Counted from the stretch's first letter, positions 17,554-27,706 are shown. The stretch is DNA of 64,000 nucleotides from an uncultured Campylobacter sp. (GCF_938002845.1 NZ_CALKZP010000028.1:9805-73804), one strand, 5' to 3'. Translations and numbers: made by a program. Notes: generated from the letters alone by a model not told the origin.

Positions 17554-17631
17554 AATATTGAGCTAGGCTCGCTGCTGCAAGCCTAGCGAATGTCGTAAGC
17601 TAAAAAAGGCGCTACTGCAAAGCGTAAAATT

Positions 17632-18831
17632 TTATTTCAAAGCCCTAAAAAGCTCCACGCCGTCAAGCTGCTCCCACGGGTATTCGTCGTTTCCGACTTG
17701 TCCGCGCGCTGCGACGTCGGCGTAGAGAAAGCTTTCTCTACCGGGGCGATCAAGACCGAATTTATCGATGATCCAGCGCGGCGTGAGCGGGAATTTTTCA
17801 AGCACGAAAGCGGACAACTCATCGTCACTCGCCGCGCCTAAGTTCGTCCCCATGCAATCGACGCTGACGCTGACGGGTTTAGCTACGCCGATTGCGTAGC
17901 TGAGCTGGACGATGCATTTTTTCGCAAGCCCCGCTGCGACGATGTTTTTGGCGATATAGCGCGCCGCATAAAGCCCGCTGCGATCGACCTTGGTGTAGTC
18001 TTTGCTGCTTTGAGCGCCGCCGCCGATCGGGCTGTAGCCGCCGAAGCTATCTACGATTAGTTTGCGCCCCGTTAGGCCGCTGTCGTGAAGCGAGCTATGA
18101 TTTACGTAGCGGCCGGTAGGATTGATGTAGATGATCGTTTTGCTTTTGTCGTAAAGCTCCTTTGGAAGCCCCGCCGAATCGATTAAATTTCCGATTAGAT
18201 CTCGGACTCGCTCGATACTCATGCTCTCGACGCATGGCGCTGAAACCACGATCGTATGGATGCTTTGCGGCTTACACTCCTCAAAATTGCTCTTCGTGCC
18301 GTAATCGACCGTAACCTGCGTTTTAATATCGACGCCAAGCTCGTTGGGATGAGATTTTGCGTAGGCATAAACGTGATCGCAAAGCGCTCTTGCGTAGGTG
18401 ATCGCCGCCGGCATAAAATTTTTCGTCTCGCAGCTTGCGAAGCCGAACATTATGCCCTGATCCCCCGCTCCGATCTCACCGCCCTCTTGATCGACGCCTT
18501 GGTTGATGTCGGGGCTTTGCTGGTTTAAAAATACGTCCACTTGCAGATCCTGCGGATGCAGGCACTGCGCGCGCGTGAAATGAGGGTTGTCATTGTAACC
18601 AATCTCGCTAAGCGCGCCCTTTACGATGTGGCGGTAATCGTCGTGGGTAAAATCGATCTTGGCGTTTACTTCGCCGCCGATTACTACGTGTTTGCCCGCG
18701 ATGAAAACCTCCGCCGCGACGCGCCCGTTGGGATCTTGCTTTAAAATTTCATCCACGATGCTGTCTGCGATGATATCGGCGCATTTATCCGGATGTCCGG
18801 GGCTTACTACTTCGCTTGTGAATAGATACAT
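17632..18831 (-). CDS. metK: S-adenosylmethionine synthetase
   Basis: GHPDKCADIIADS, GAGDQGIMFGFA and GGGAQSSKD motifs are present. Confidence 0.95.
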   Translation of the reverse strand: MYLFTSEVVSPGHPDKCADIIADSIVDEILKQDPNGRVAAEVFIAGKHVVIGGEVNAKIDFTHDDYRHIVKGALSEIGYNDNPHFTRAQCLHPQDLQVDVFLNQQSPDINQGVDQEGGEIGAGDQGIMFGFASCETKNFMPAAITYARALCDHVYAYAKSHPNELGVDIKTQVTVDYGTKSNFEECKPQSIHTIVVSAPCVESMSIERVRDLIGNLIDSAGLPKELYDKSKTIIYINPTGRYVNHSSLHDSGLTGRKLIVDSFGGYSPIGGGAQSSKDYTKVDRSGLYAARYIAKNIVAAGLAKKCIVQLSYAIGVAKPVSVSVDCMGTNLGAASDDELSAFVLEKFPLTPRWIIDKFGLDRPGRESFLYADVAARGQVGNDEYPWEQLDGVELFRALK

Positions 18832-18975
18832 ATCTGCTCCTAATTAAAATTTCGGGGCATTTTATCTAACGAGGTTTTAAGATTAACTAAAAATTACGAA
18901 ATTTCGCCCAAATTTAAATGTGCTTAAATAAAATTTCGATATATTTCAAACGACGTTTTGATTGAAAGGTAAAAA

Positions 18976-20235
18976 ATGAGTTCGATTCAAAAATTAGTAG
19001 CCAGCTACAAAGATAAAAATCTAGTTCTGCGCATAGTTACAGGCTTGATAATAGGCGCCATTTTGGGCTTTGCTGCGCGTTCGACGGCGGGCGATATTGC
19101 GGCAGAGCACGCTTCATTTTTAATAAACGTAGTAGCTTTTGGGGAAATTTTAGGAAATTTATTTGTAGGTGCCCTTAAAGCGGTAGCTCCGATTTTAGTT
19201 TTTATCTTGATTTTAAGCTCGATCGTAAATAAACAATACGGCAGCGCAAGCGGCTTAAAACGCGTGGTTGTTCTATATATCGTAGGCACCTTTTTAGCCT
19301 CGTGCGTGGGGGTAGCAGCCAGCTTTTTATTTCCGACGGAGCTTGCTCTAAGCAATGTCGGTGCGGCGGAAAATGCGGTCCCTGCGAGCGTTTGGATCGT
19401 GCTAAAAGATCTGCTTTTTAAGGTCGTAGATAATCCGCTAAACGCTATCGCGCACGGAAACTATGTAGGAATTTTAACCTGGGCGATAGGTCTTGGCGTC
19501 GCGCTTAAATTTTGCACTAATGAAACAAAGAAGATTTTTACCGATCTGAGCGAAGCGGTAACTAAAATCGTGCAGTTCGTAATCCAGCTCGCGCCGTTTG
19601 GAATTTTCGGTCTAGTAGCTTCTACCGTGTATCAAACCGGCGTCGATGCGCTGCTTGGATACGTGCGAATAGTAGTCGTGCTAGTAGGCGCGATGGCGTT
19701 CGTAGCCCTCGTGGTAAATCCGCTCATCGTCTTTGTGGTGATTAAGAAAAATCCGTATCCGCTCGTATTTACTTGCCTGCGCGAAAGCGGCCTCACGGCG
19801 TTTTTCACCCGCAGCTCGGCGGCGAATATCCCCGTAAATTTAAATTTATGCAAAAAGCTCGGCATCAGTGACGAGCTAAGCTCGATCTCGATACCTTTGG
19901 GAGCTACGATAAATATGGCGGGCGCTGCGGTGGTAATCGCGATCTTGGCGCTTGCTGCGGCTCATACGCTTGGCGTGCGTCCCGATTTTTGGACGGCGCT
20001 ACTGCTTTGCGTGGTCTCAGCAGTCGGTGCGTGCGGCGCTAGCGGCGTGCCCGGCGGCTCATTGATGCTGATACCGCTTGCGTGCTCGCTCTTTAATATC
20101 TCAAACGATATCGCAATGCAAGTAGTCGCGATCGGCTTTATCATCGGCGTGATCCAAGACTCGGTAGAAACCGCGATCAATAGCTCCACCGACGTGATTT
20201 TTACGGCGATCGCGTCGCAAAGTATGCAAAAATAA
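18976..20235 (+). CDS. sstT: Serine/threonine:sodium symporter (DAACS family)
   Basis: About 419 aa and polytopic, with SSAANIPV and GASGVPGGS motifs. It lies next to metK, as in C. jejuni. Confidence 0.8.
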   Translation: MSSIQKLVASYKDKNLVLRIVTGLIIGAILGFAARSTAGDIAAEHASFLINVVAFGEILGNLFVGALKAVAPILVFILILSSIVNKQYGSASGLKRVVVLYIVGTFLASCVGVAASFLFPTELALSNVGAAENAVPASVWIVLKDLLFKVVDNPLNAIAHGNYVGILTWAIGLGVALKFCTNETKKIFTDLSEAVTKIVQFVIQLAPFGIFGLVASTVYQTGVDALLGYVRIVVVLVGAMAFVALVVNPLIVFVVIKKNPYPLVFTCLRESGLTAFFTRSSAANIPVNLNLCKKLGISDELSSISIPLGATINMAGAAVVIAILALAAAHTLGVRPDFWTALLLCVVSAVGACGASGVPGGSLMLIPLACSLFNISNDIAMQVVAIGFIIGVIQDSVETAINSSTDVIFTAIASQSMQK

Positions 20236-20346
20236 CTCACCTTAAAATTTTACCGCGAATTCCGCTGGAGCGGCGGATCTCGCGGTTTTTAACATTTTAC
20301 TTATTCTTTTTTGATAAAATTATCCAAAAATTTTAAAAGGAAATCG

Positions 20347-22260
20347 ATGAATTGGAATTTAGGCGAGCTATTTGCAAACGAAGCGGAATTTAGTGCCGCG
20401 ATAGATAGTGCGGCCGCGCAGGCTAGGGATTTTGAGCTTAAATTTAAAGATAAGCTGCACGCCCTTAGCGCGGAGGAATTTTTAGGCGCGCTTGAGCTTT
20501 ACGAGAGCATCAGCGAGCAGATCGGCAAGATAATGAGCTTTGCGCATCTAAGATTCGCGCGAGATACGAGCCTTGGGGCGCAGCAGGCTAAGACGGAGCA
20601 GGCTTGCAACGACATTTCGCAGAGCCTGCTCTTTTTCGAGCTCGAGTTTAACGAGCTTGACGCCGCAAAACAGGACGAGTTTATCGCGCAAGGCGGTAGG
20701 TTTAAATATTATTTGAGCCTGCTTAAGCGGCGTAAGGCCCATCAGCTAAGCTTGCCGCAAGAAAGCGTGCTTTTAAAAACTTCGCCCGTAAGCGGCGAGG
20801 CGTTTTCGCGGCTTTTTGACGAAAGCATGGCGCGGATGAGCTTTGATTTTCGCGGGCAAAAGCTTGGAGAGGAGGAAATTTTAAGCCTGCTTCATAGCCC
20901 TGATCGCGAGGTGCGAAAGGATGCCGCAGCCTCGCTAAGTGCGGTGCTGCAGCAGAACTCCCACCTACTTGGCTATATCTACAATATGATCAAAACCGAT
21001 CTTAAAATTCGCTGCGAGCTGCGGGGTTACGATAAAGCCGAGTCGGTGATGCACGAAGAAAATCAAATAAACATCGCAAGCGTCGATACGCTGATCGCAG
21101 AGGCGGAGCGAAGCTTCGCTCTGGTCGGCAAATTTTACGCCAAAAAGCGCGAAATTTTAGGCTACAACGCGCTGTATGATTACGACAGATACGCGCCGCT
21201 CGGCGGCGATGAGAGCGAGTTTAGCTTCGAGCAGGCTAAGCAGATCGTGCTTGCGGCGTTTGAAAAATTTAGCCCGAAATTTAAGCAGATTGCGCTGATC
21301 GCGTTTGAGCAAAACTGGATCGACGCGATGCCCGCGCAAAATAAGCAAAGCGGCGCGTTTTCGCATTCGGGCTCGCGCGATACGCACCCATTCGTGCTTT
21401 TAAATTTCACGCGCAAGCGCCGCGACATATTTACCCTCGCGCACGAGCTGGGGCACGCGATACATCAGTATCTAAGCTACGGCGTGGGCTATTTTAACTC
21501 CTTCACGCCGCTAACGACGGCTGAGACCGCATCGGTTTTCTGCGAGATGCTGGTGTTTGATTATATGCGCGAAAATTTTTCAAATTTAAGCGGCTCTCAA
21601 AATTTAAAAAGCGCCGTCGCCTCGGACGACTCGCAAAATTTAAAGTGCGATGCTTCACAAGAGGCTCAGAGCGGTGAAATTCCAAACGAGCACGCCGTAA
21701 AAAATGCCGCTTCGCAAGGCTCTGCGGGTTCGTGCGAGCTTGCAGCACGCGATACGGATACGCCATCGCAGACCGCAAGCGATAAGACCGCGCTAAGAGC
21801 GATGCTTGCGGCAAAGATCGAAGATATCTTCGCTACGCTTTACCGCCAGATCGGATTTACGACCTTTGAACGGCGCGTGCATGCGAGCGCGGATGAGCTA
21901 AGCACGGGGCAAATAGATGAGCTTTGGATGGAGGAATCGCGCAAGATGTTTGCGGGCGAGCTGATCTTGCAGGATCATTACAAAAGCTGGTGGAGCTACA
22001 TCCCGCACTTCGTTCACTCGCCGTTTTACTGCTACTCCTACGCCTACGCGCAGCTTTTGGTGCTCGCGCTTTACGGGCTGTATAAGAGCGGCAGGCTCGA
22101 AAATTTCGTTCAAATTTACACCGAGTTTTTAAGCTCGGGCGGCAGCGACGCGCCGCAAAAGCTAGTGGCGAAATTCGGGTTTGACATCAATAAAAGCGAG
22201 TTTTGGCGCATCGGCATAGAGCAGGTCGCGGCGCTTGTAGATGAGTTTGTGAGGGGTTAG
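20347..22260 (+). CDS. pepF: Oligoendopeptidase F (M3B) with a ~70-aa low-complexity insert
   Basis: Zinc motif HELGHAIH and a downstream ETASVFCE. I prefer ATG 20347, which has an AAGGAAA ribosome-binding site, over the tracked TTG 20311. Insert at roughly 21574-21789. Confidence 0.85.
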   Translation: MNWNLGELFANEAEFSAAIDSAAAQARDFELKFKDKLHALSAEEFLGALELYESISEQIGKIMSFAHLRFARDTSLGAQQAKTEQACNDISQSLLFFELEFNELDAAKQDEFIAQGGRFKYYLSLLKRRKAHQLSLPQESVLLKTSPVSGEAFSRLFDESMARMSFDFRGQKLGEEEILSLLHSPDREVRKDAAASLSAVLQQNSHLLGYIYNMIKTDLKIRCELRGYDKAESVMHEENQINIASVDTLIAEAERSFALVGKFYAKKREILGYNALYDYDRYAPLGGDESEFSFEQAKQIVLAAFEKFSPKFKQIALIAFEQNWIDAMPAQNKQSGAFSHSGSRDTHPFVLLNFTRKRRDIFTLAHELGHAIHQYLSYGVGYFNSFTPLTTAETASVFCEMLVFDYMRENFSNLSGSQNLKSAVASDDSQNLKCDASQEAQSGEIPNEHAVKNAASQGSAGSCELAARDTDTPSQTASDKTALRAMLAAKIEDIFATLYRQIGFTTFERRVHASADELSTGQIDELWMEESRKMFAGELILQDHYKSWWSYIPHFVHSPFYCYSYAYAQLLVLALYGLYKSGRLENFVQIYTEFLSSGGSDAPQKLVAKFGFDINKSEFWRIGIEQVAALVDEFVRG

Positions 22261-22261
22261 G

Positions 22262-22669
22262 ATGATAGATAAAATTTTAAAAGACGATAAATTTATCGCT
22301 GCGAGCAGCGCGAATATAGGCGCGGTTTTGGATTACGTTTTGGCTCTTGGATGCGGATTTGGCATCGTTGTGAGGACGGATCAGATAAAATTTGACCCGC
22401 CGCTGCCGGAGGAAATTTTAAAAAGCTTCAAAATGCCCGCGATCTTTTTGCAGCTGGAGGAATACACGCTTTCTAGCGCGCATCTTAGCAAGGATGAGCT
22501 GGTTTTCGAGGCGGGATTTGGACCGCAGGATTTTGCAAGCACGCTTAGCGTGCCGTTTTACGCGGTTTTGCAGATCGTCGTGGACGGCAAGCCCATCGCG
22601 GTAAATTTTTCTCGTCCCGAGTCCGAGTGGCTTAAGCGCGAAAAATCGCGTAAAATTTTTTCAAAATGA
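22262..22669 (+). CDS. Conserved hypothetical protein (weak resemblance to the SspB adaptor fold)
   Basis: 135-aa ORF packed tightly between pepF and pcrA, the position of Cj1100. The segment LVFEAGFGPQDFASTLSVPFYAVLQIV is reminiscent of SspB. The functional call is weak. Confidence 0.5.
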   Translation: MIDKILKDDKFIAASSANIGAVLDYVLALGCGFGIVVRTDQIKFDPPLPEEILKSFKMPAIFLQLEEYTLSSAHLSKDELVFEAGFGPQDFASTLSVPFYAVLQIVVDGKPIAVNFSRPESEWLKREKSRKIFSK

Positions 22670-24726
22670 GCGATATTTTAGAAGGTCTTAATCCCGCTCA
22701 GCGCGAGGCTGCGAGCCACGTGGACGGAGCGATGCTAATCTTAGCGGGTGCTGGTAGCGGCAAAACCAAAACGATCACCGCGCGCCTTGCCTATCTGCTA
22801 TCAATCGGCGTGCCTCCGGGAAATACTCTCACGCTTACGTTTACGAATAAAGCCGCCGCCGAGATGCGCTCGCGAGCGCTTAATCTGATAAGCGGGTTAA
22901 ATTTAAGCGGCGTGCCGCTTCTGTGCACCTTCCATAAATTCGGGCTTTTGTTTTTGAAATTTCATATTAGCGAGCTTGGTCGCAGCGCAAACTTCCAAGT
23001 AATCGATACCGATGATAAGAAAAAGATCATCAAGGGCTTTGAGATAAATTTGCCCACATCGCTATTAGCGGCTAAAATTTCAACCTACAAAAATTCTCTG
23101 ATCGATCCCAAGGATATCGACGAGATTCTAAAGGGCGAGGACGACGAGCTAAGCAGGATGTATAGCGGATTTTACGCGCATTGCGCTAGAGCGTATAAGC
23201 GCTACGAGGCGTATTTGGCGGCGAATAATCTTGTGGATTTTGATGATCTACTGATCTTGCCGTATAAAATTTTAAGCGCGAATGAGCGACTATGCGATGA
23301 AATTTCGCGCCGTTACGCCTACATCACGGTCGATGAGTATCAGGACACCAACGACATTCAATTCAAACTGCTGCAAAAGCTCTGCACCGCGCACGAAAAC
23401 CTCGTGGTGGTGGGTGATGACGATCAGAGTATCTACGGCTGGCGCGGCGCGCGGATAGAAAATATTCTAAATTTTAAAGATCAGTTCTCAAACGTAAAAT
23501 TTATCAAACTCGAGCAGAACTACCGCTCCACGGATGAAATTTTAAATGCCGCCAACGAGCTCATCTCGCATAACAAAAACCGCCTCGGCAAGAGCCTTAC
23601 TAGCATGAACGGCGGCGGCGAAAAGATCGAAATTTTGCGTTCAGACGAGGAGAGTATCGAGGCGGCAAAGATCGCAGAAGCTATCAAAAAGCTGCTTTCA
23701 AGCGGCGTAGCGCCCTCTCAAATCGCCGTGCTTTACCGCGTAAACGCTCTTTCGCGCGCGCTGGAAGAGGGGCTGAATCGCGCCAAAATCCCGTACAAAA
23801 TGGTAGGCGGCGTGAAATTTTACGAGCGAGCCGAGATCAAGGACACGATCGCCTATCTGCGCTTGGTAAACGACGAGCACGACGACTTTTCGATGAGGCG
23901 GATCATAAACGTGCCCAAGCGCGGCATCGGCAAGGTCTCGCTGGCAAAGCTCGAGGAGCTTTCGCGCCTGCGACTCATAAGCCTATTTGACGCTTTTAGC
24001 GAGCCGGACGCGGGGCTTAGCGCCAAGGCGGCGCAGGCTCTAGCGGAGCTTAAAAGCGGCATCGCTTCTATCTCTGCGCTAGCCGATACGATCAAAAAAA
24101 TAGAGGCTTTGGAGCCCGCTTTCGGGCTAAAGGCTTACTACGCCTCGCTTCCGGACGGCGCCGATCGGGTAGCGAACATCGACGAGTTTTTGGCTATGCT
24201 AAAGGATGAAGCTAGCAATAAGCCCGATTTTGATCTGGCGGAATTTTTAAACGAGCTGAGCCTTCTTAGCGATCAAGACGCCATCATGGGCGATGCGATA
24301 AATATAATGAGCGTGCACGCGAGCAAAGGGCTTGAGTTCGAGCATCTTTTCGTAATCGGACTGGAGGAGGGCTTTTTCCCGCTTTTGGGCGACAGCAATG
24401 ACATCGAGGAGGAGCGTAGGCTCGCATACGTAGCGATTACGCGCGCCAAACGCACTCTCACGCTTAGCTTTGCCGCTAGCCGCTTTTATCGCGGCAAGCG
24501 CGAGAGGCTTGATGCTAGCAGGTTTATAGCCGAGGCGGGTTTGGTGGCTAAAGAGCCTCCGCGCGAGCAAAGCAGCGGCTTTAGTAAGGGCGAGCTGATC
24601 AAACACAAACTCTTCGGTATCGGACAGATCACGGCGGTAAACGGCGATCGGCTCACTATAAATTTCGGCGGAATTTCGCGCGTGATAATGTCAAATTTCA
24701 TAGAAAAGATCGGCTCTTATGAATAG
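22666..24726 (+). CDS. pcrA: ATP-dependent DNA helicase, UvrD/PcrA family
   Basis: Walker A GAGSGKT. Motifs DEYQDTN, VVGDDDQSIYGWRGA, QNYRS and VHASKGLEF are present. Confidence 0.9.
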   Translation: MSDILEGLNPAQREAASHVDGAMLILAGAGSGKTKTITARLAYLLSIGVPPGNTLTLTFTNKAAAEMRSRALNLISGLNLSGVPLLCTFHKFGLLFLKFHISELGRSANFQVIDTDDKKKIIKGFEINLPTSLLAAKISTYKNSLIDPKDIDEILKGEDDELSRMYSGFYAHCARAYKRYEAYLAANNLVDFDDLLILPYKILSANERLCDEISRRYAYITVDEYQDTNDIQFKLLQKLCTAHENLVVVGDDDQSIYGWRGARIENILNFKDQFSNVKFIKLEQNYRSTDEILNAANELISHNKNRLGKSLTSMNGGGEKIEILRSDEESIEAAKIAEAIKKLLSSGVAPSQIAVLYRVNALSRALEEGLNRAKIPYKMVGGVKFYERAEIKDTIAYLRLVNDEHDDFSMRRIINVPKRGIGKVSLAKLEELSRLRLISLFDAFSEPDAGLSAKAAQALAELKSGIASISALADTIKKIEALEPAFGLKAYYASLPDGADRVANIDEFLAMLKDEASNKPDFDLAEFLNELSLLSDQDAIMGDAINIMSVHASKGLEFEHLFVIGLEEGFFPLLGDSNDIEEERRLAYVAITRAKRTLTLSFAASRFYRGKRERLDASRFIAEAGLVAKEPPREQSSGFSKGELIKHKLFGIGQITAVNGDRLTINFGGISRVIMSNFIEKIGSYE

Positions 24727-25567
24727 ATTGTTTTTGGCGGACAAGCCCGCGGGCATCGGCAGCAATAAATTTTTAAGCGCTCTTAAACGCAAATACGGCG
24801 TGAAAAAGGCTGGCTTTAGCGGTACGCTCGATCCCTTCGCAAGCGGCGCGCTGATCGTGGCATTCGGGCAATACGCACGCTTTTTTAGGTTTTTGAAAAA
24901 GGAGCCAAAAGTCTACGCCGCGACGCTGTGGCTGGGCGCGCAGAGCCCAAGCGGCGATAACGAAAACATCGAGCGCGTGAAGCAAATCCCGCCGCTTTCG
25001 CGCGAGGTTTTAGATGCCGCGATGGCGCAAATGCGCGGCGAGATAAAATTTATCCCACCCGCTTTCAGCGCCAAGAAAATTGACGGCGTGCGCGCATACA
25101 AGCTCGCTCGCGCGGGCGAAGAGGTGAGCTTGAAAGAGAGCTCGATGCGGGTTTTTGATGCCGAAATTTTAAGCTATGCTCACCCCTTCGTAAGCTTTCG
25201 CGTAGCACTCAGCGAGGGTGGCTACGTGCGCTCTTACGCGCAAATTTTAGCAGAAAAGCTAGGCGTTTGTGGCACGCTAAGCGCGCTTAGACGAGAAAGC
25301 GAGGGGGTTTTTGATTTGAAAGATCCGCGCTTTGCGGACGAGGCAGCGCTAAATCCGCTCGAGTTTTTGGACCTCGCGCCGAACTTTTACGACGGCGACG
25401 CGCGCGACGTGATCTTGGGTAAGAAGCTTGCCGCAAAGGATCTGGCGAGCCGCGCGGACGGCCGCTATCTGCTTATCTGCGGCGATTTTTACTCGATCAT
25501 CGAGATAAGCTCGGGCGAGGTGCGCTATCTTTGGAACGACGTTCCGATCGCAGGCGGCATGTTTTAA
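24719..25567 (+). CDS. truB: tRNA pseudouridine(55) synthase
   Basis: Catalytic motif GFSGTLDPFASG. Overlaps the pcrA 3' end by 8 nt. Confidence 0.85.
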   Translation: MNRLFLADKPAGIGSNKFLSALKRKYGVKKAGFSGTLDPFASGALIVAFGQYARFFRFLKKEPKVYAATLWLGAQSPSGDNENIERVKQIPPLSREVLDAAMAQMRGEIKFIPPAFSAKKIDGVRAYKLARAGEEVSLKESSMRVFDAEILSYAHPFVSFRVALSEGGYVRSYAQILAEKLGVCGTLSALRRESEGVFDLKDPRFADEAALNPLEFLDLAPNFYDGDARDVILGKKLAAKDLASRADGRYLLICGDFYSIIEISSGEVRYLWNDVPIAGGMF

Positions 25568-25599
25568 TCAGCGGCTCTAGCCTGCGGCGGAATTTTGAT

Positions 25600-26345
25600 C
25601 GGGCGGCCCTGGCTTGAAATTTGAGCGGTTATAAATACGGTGCGTTTTAAATTTGCTCGCATAGCGCGCCGCCATGCGCGGTTAAATTTTATCACGGGCG
25701 GCGGCGGGATTGCGCTCTTTCGTTGCGAGCAGATCGCAAATCGGCATCGGGCGGAGTAAATTTAAAATTTAAACATGCGGCTTCTTGGGCGGCGCTCGCT
25801 CGTGAAAGGTATAAATCCGCGGGGGCTAAATTTAAACGCGGCGAAGCGGCGTTTAAATTTGCTTTTGTCGCGCGATGGCGACGCGCTGCGAGATTAAAAT
25901 TTCTCGATTTAAAAAGCGCGTAGGTTGGAGCTTAGTGCCGTGGCAAGCGGTCTTTGCCGAATAAAATTCCGGCTCGCGGCGGCGCATAGTATGCAACGAT
26001 AGACTTGATTGCGGCGTACCGATAAGCTAAATTACGATCTATCGCAGCGCGCGGCTGCACGGTCTTGGTTTATAGCGAGGCTTAGAATTTTAATCACGCA
26101 GATAGATTTGCACCGCGAGTTGAAATTCGGCCGCATGCGTTGCGGATTAAAATTTCGCGCTTTATAAAATTTACGTATCAGGCGCCGCGATCGCGGGTTA
26201 AATTCTGCGGTGCGCGCTTCACGGTACGCGGTTTTAATTTTGATTGCACTGGGCGGGCGCGCCGCAGGCTGAAATTTAACTCGCGCACGGATTGAAATTT
26301 TAATCGCGCTAGATAAGCTCGCCGCCGGCTAAATTTAACGCAAGC
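25600..26345. repeat. ~0.75-kb intergenic AAATTT-box / GC-linker array
   Basis: More than 20 boxes by eye (ggttaaattttatc, gtaaatttaaaatttaaac, ggctaaatttaaacgcgg, gtttaaatttgc, gattaaaatttc, gaattttaatcacgc, ggattaaaatttcgcg, ggttaaattctg, ggttttaattttg, ctgaaatttaac, ttgaaattttaatcgcgc, ggctaaatttaac). No credible ORF on either strand. Confidence 0.8.
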
Positions 26346-26372
26346 GCGCCAAAGCGTGGAAGGAGTAAAATT

Positions 26373-27116
26373 TTGAAAGCTTATGCAAAGATTAACGTTT
26401 TTTTAAAAGTCGTCGGCACGCGCGGCGGCTACCACGAGATCGCCTCGCGCTTCGTGCTGCGCAGGGAGCTGTTTGATGAGATAAGCTTTGAGCGCGCGAG
26501 CGGCTTTGCGCTTGAATGTGACGCCGCGCAGATCGCGGATAATATAATTTTAAAGGCCAAAGCGGCGCTTGAGCGGGCGGGCTTTGCGCGCGAGCTTGCA
26601 GAATTTTTCAGCTCGCACAAGATCGTGCTTAAAAAACATATTCCGATCGGTGCGGGTCTTGGGGGCGGTAGTAGCGATGCGGCGGCGTTTTTGCAGCTTG
26701 CGAACGAGGAATTAAGCTTAAAAATTCCGCGCGAGCGGCTTACTAAAATCACGCAAAGTATCGGCGCGGACGTTGCGTTTTTTGTTAGCGGGCTAGAGGC
26801 CGCAAACGTGCGCGGCATCGGCGAGATCATCGAGCCTTTCGAGGACCGGCTGCCCGCGATCGAAATTTTAATGCCCGCGATCTTTTGCTCTACCGGCGCG
26901 GTTTATAATGAGTTTCGCGCAAGCTTTATGCAAAATATAAACGCCGCGCAGGCGCAAGAGATGTTGCGTTTAAGCAGCGAGCAGCTGCTGGCACGATACG
27001 GCAGCTTTACGTTAAATGATCTTTTCGCGCCGTGCATAAAGCTATATCCGCAGATGAGCAAGTATCGCGATATGTTTCTAAGCGGCAGCGGCAGCAGCGT
27101 GTTTTTCTTAAAATAA
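26373..27116 (+). CDS. ispE: 4-diphosphocytidyl-2-C-methyl-D-erythritol kinase
   Basis: GHMP-kinase motif PIGAGLGGGSSDAAA. TTG start preceded by GGAAGGAG. Confidence 0.85.
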   Translation: MKAYAKINVFLKVVGTRGGYHEIASRFVLRRELFDEISFERASGFALECDAAQIADNIILKAKAALERAGFARELAEFFSSHKIVLKKHIPIGAGLGGGSSDAAAFLQLANEELSLKIPRERLTKITQSIGADVAFFVSGLEAANVRGIGEIIEPFEDRLPAIEILMPAIFCSTGAVYNEFRASFMQNINAAQAQEMLRLSSEQLLARYGSFTLNDLFAPCIKLYPQMSKYRDMFLSGSGSSVFFLK

Positions 27117-27241
27117 GAATTCCAAGGCGCGCGGTTAAAATTTAAAAGCTAAATTTAAAGATAAAATTTAAAATTTGCTCGCCCGCTTTTAAATTTAAGC
27201 AAAAACGGGCTAAGCTTAGGACTAAATTTAGAAGGAAAAAG

Positions 27242-27706
27242 ATGAAAGAACTGAGTAAAAATCGCAAGGCATTTCACGATTTTACGATACTTGAAAGCTT
27301 TGAAGCGGGCATCGTGCTAAAGGGAAGCGAGGTCAAAGCTCTGCGCGCGGGCAGGGGCAATCTCAAAGATAGCTTTTGTCGCGTGATCCGCGGCGAGCTG
27401 TTTTTGCTAAACGCGCATATCAGCTATCTTGAAAGCACAAACGCTCACTTTCGTCCCGATGAAGGAGCTGCGCGAAAGCTTTTAATGCACCGAAAGCAGA
27501 TCGATAAACTGCTTGGCGCGGTTAGCAAAGAGGGCCTTACCATCGTGGTTTTGTCGCTGTATCTCAATGATAAAAACCGCGTAAAGGCACGTATCGCTTT
27601 AGCAAAAGGCAAAAATCTGCACGACAAGCGCGAATCGCTAAAGCGCAAGGAAGCCGACCGCGAAGCGCAAAGCGCGATGAAGCGATACGACAAGCATTCA
27701 TTTTAA
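27242..27706 (+). CDS. smpB: SsrA-binding protein
   Basis: KNRKAFHDF...[13 protein letters not shown]...HISYLE...[10 protein letters not shown] are present. Confidence 0.95.
   Translation: MKELSKNRKAFHDFTILESFEAGIVLKGSEVKALRAGRGNLKDSFCRVIRGELFLLNAHISYLESTNAHFRPDEGAARKLLMHRKQIDKLLGAVSKEGLTIVVLSLYLNDKNRVKARIALAKGKNLHDKRESLKRKEADREAQSAMKRYDKHSF

Noticed and set aside
18832-18975. SAM riboswitch in the metK leader
   Set aside because: Only about 144 nt separate the divergent metK and sstT genes. The sequence is A/T-rich and shows no conserved SAM-riboswitch helices that I can recognise.
25568-26372. A hidden or degraded csrA gene in the truB-ispE spacer
   Set aside because: No frame on either strand gives a CsrA-like sequence or even a 40-codon open frame outside repeat-derived ORFs. 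I report the absence as a finding, not as a pseudogene.
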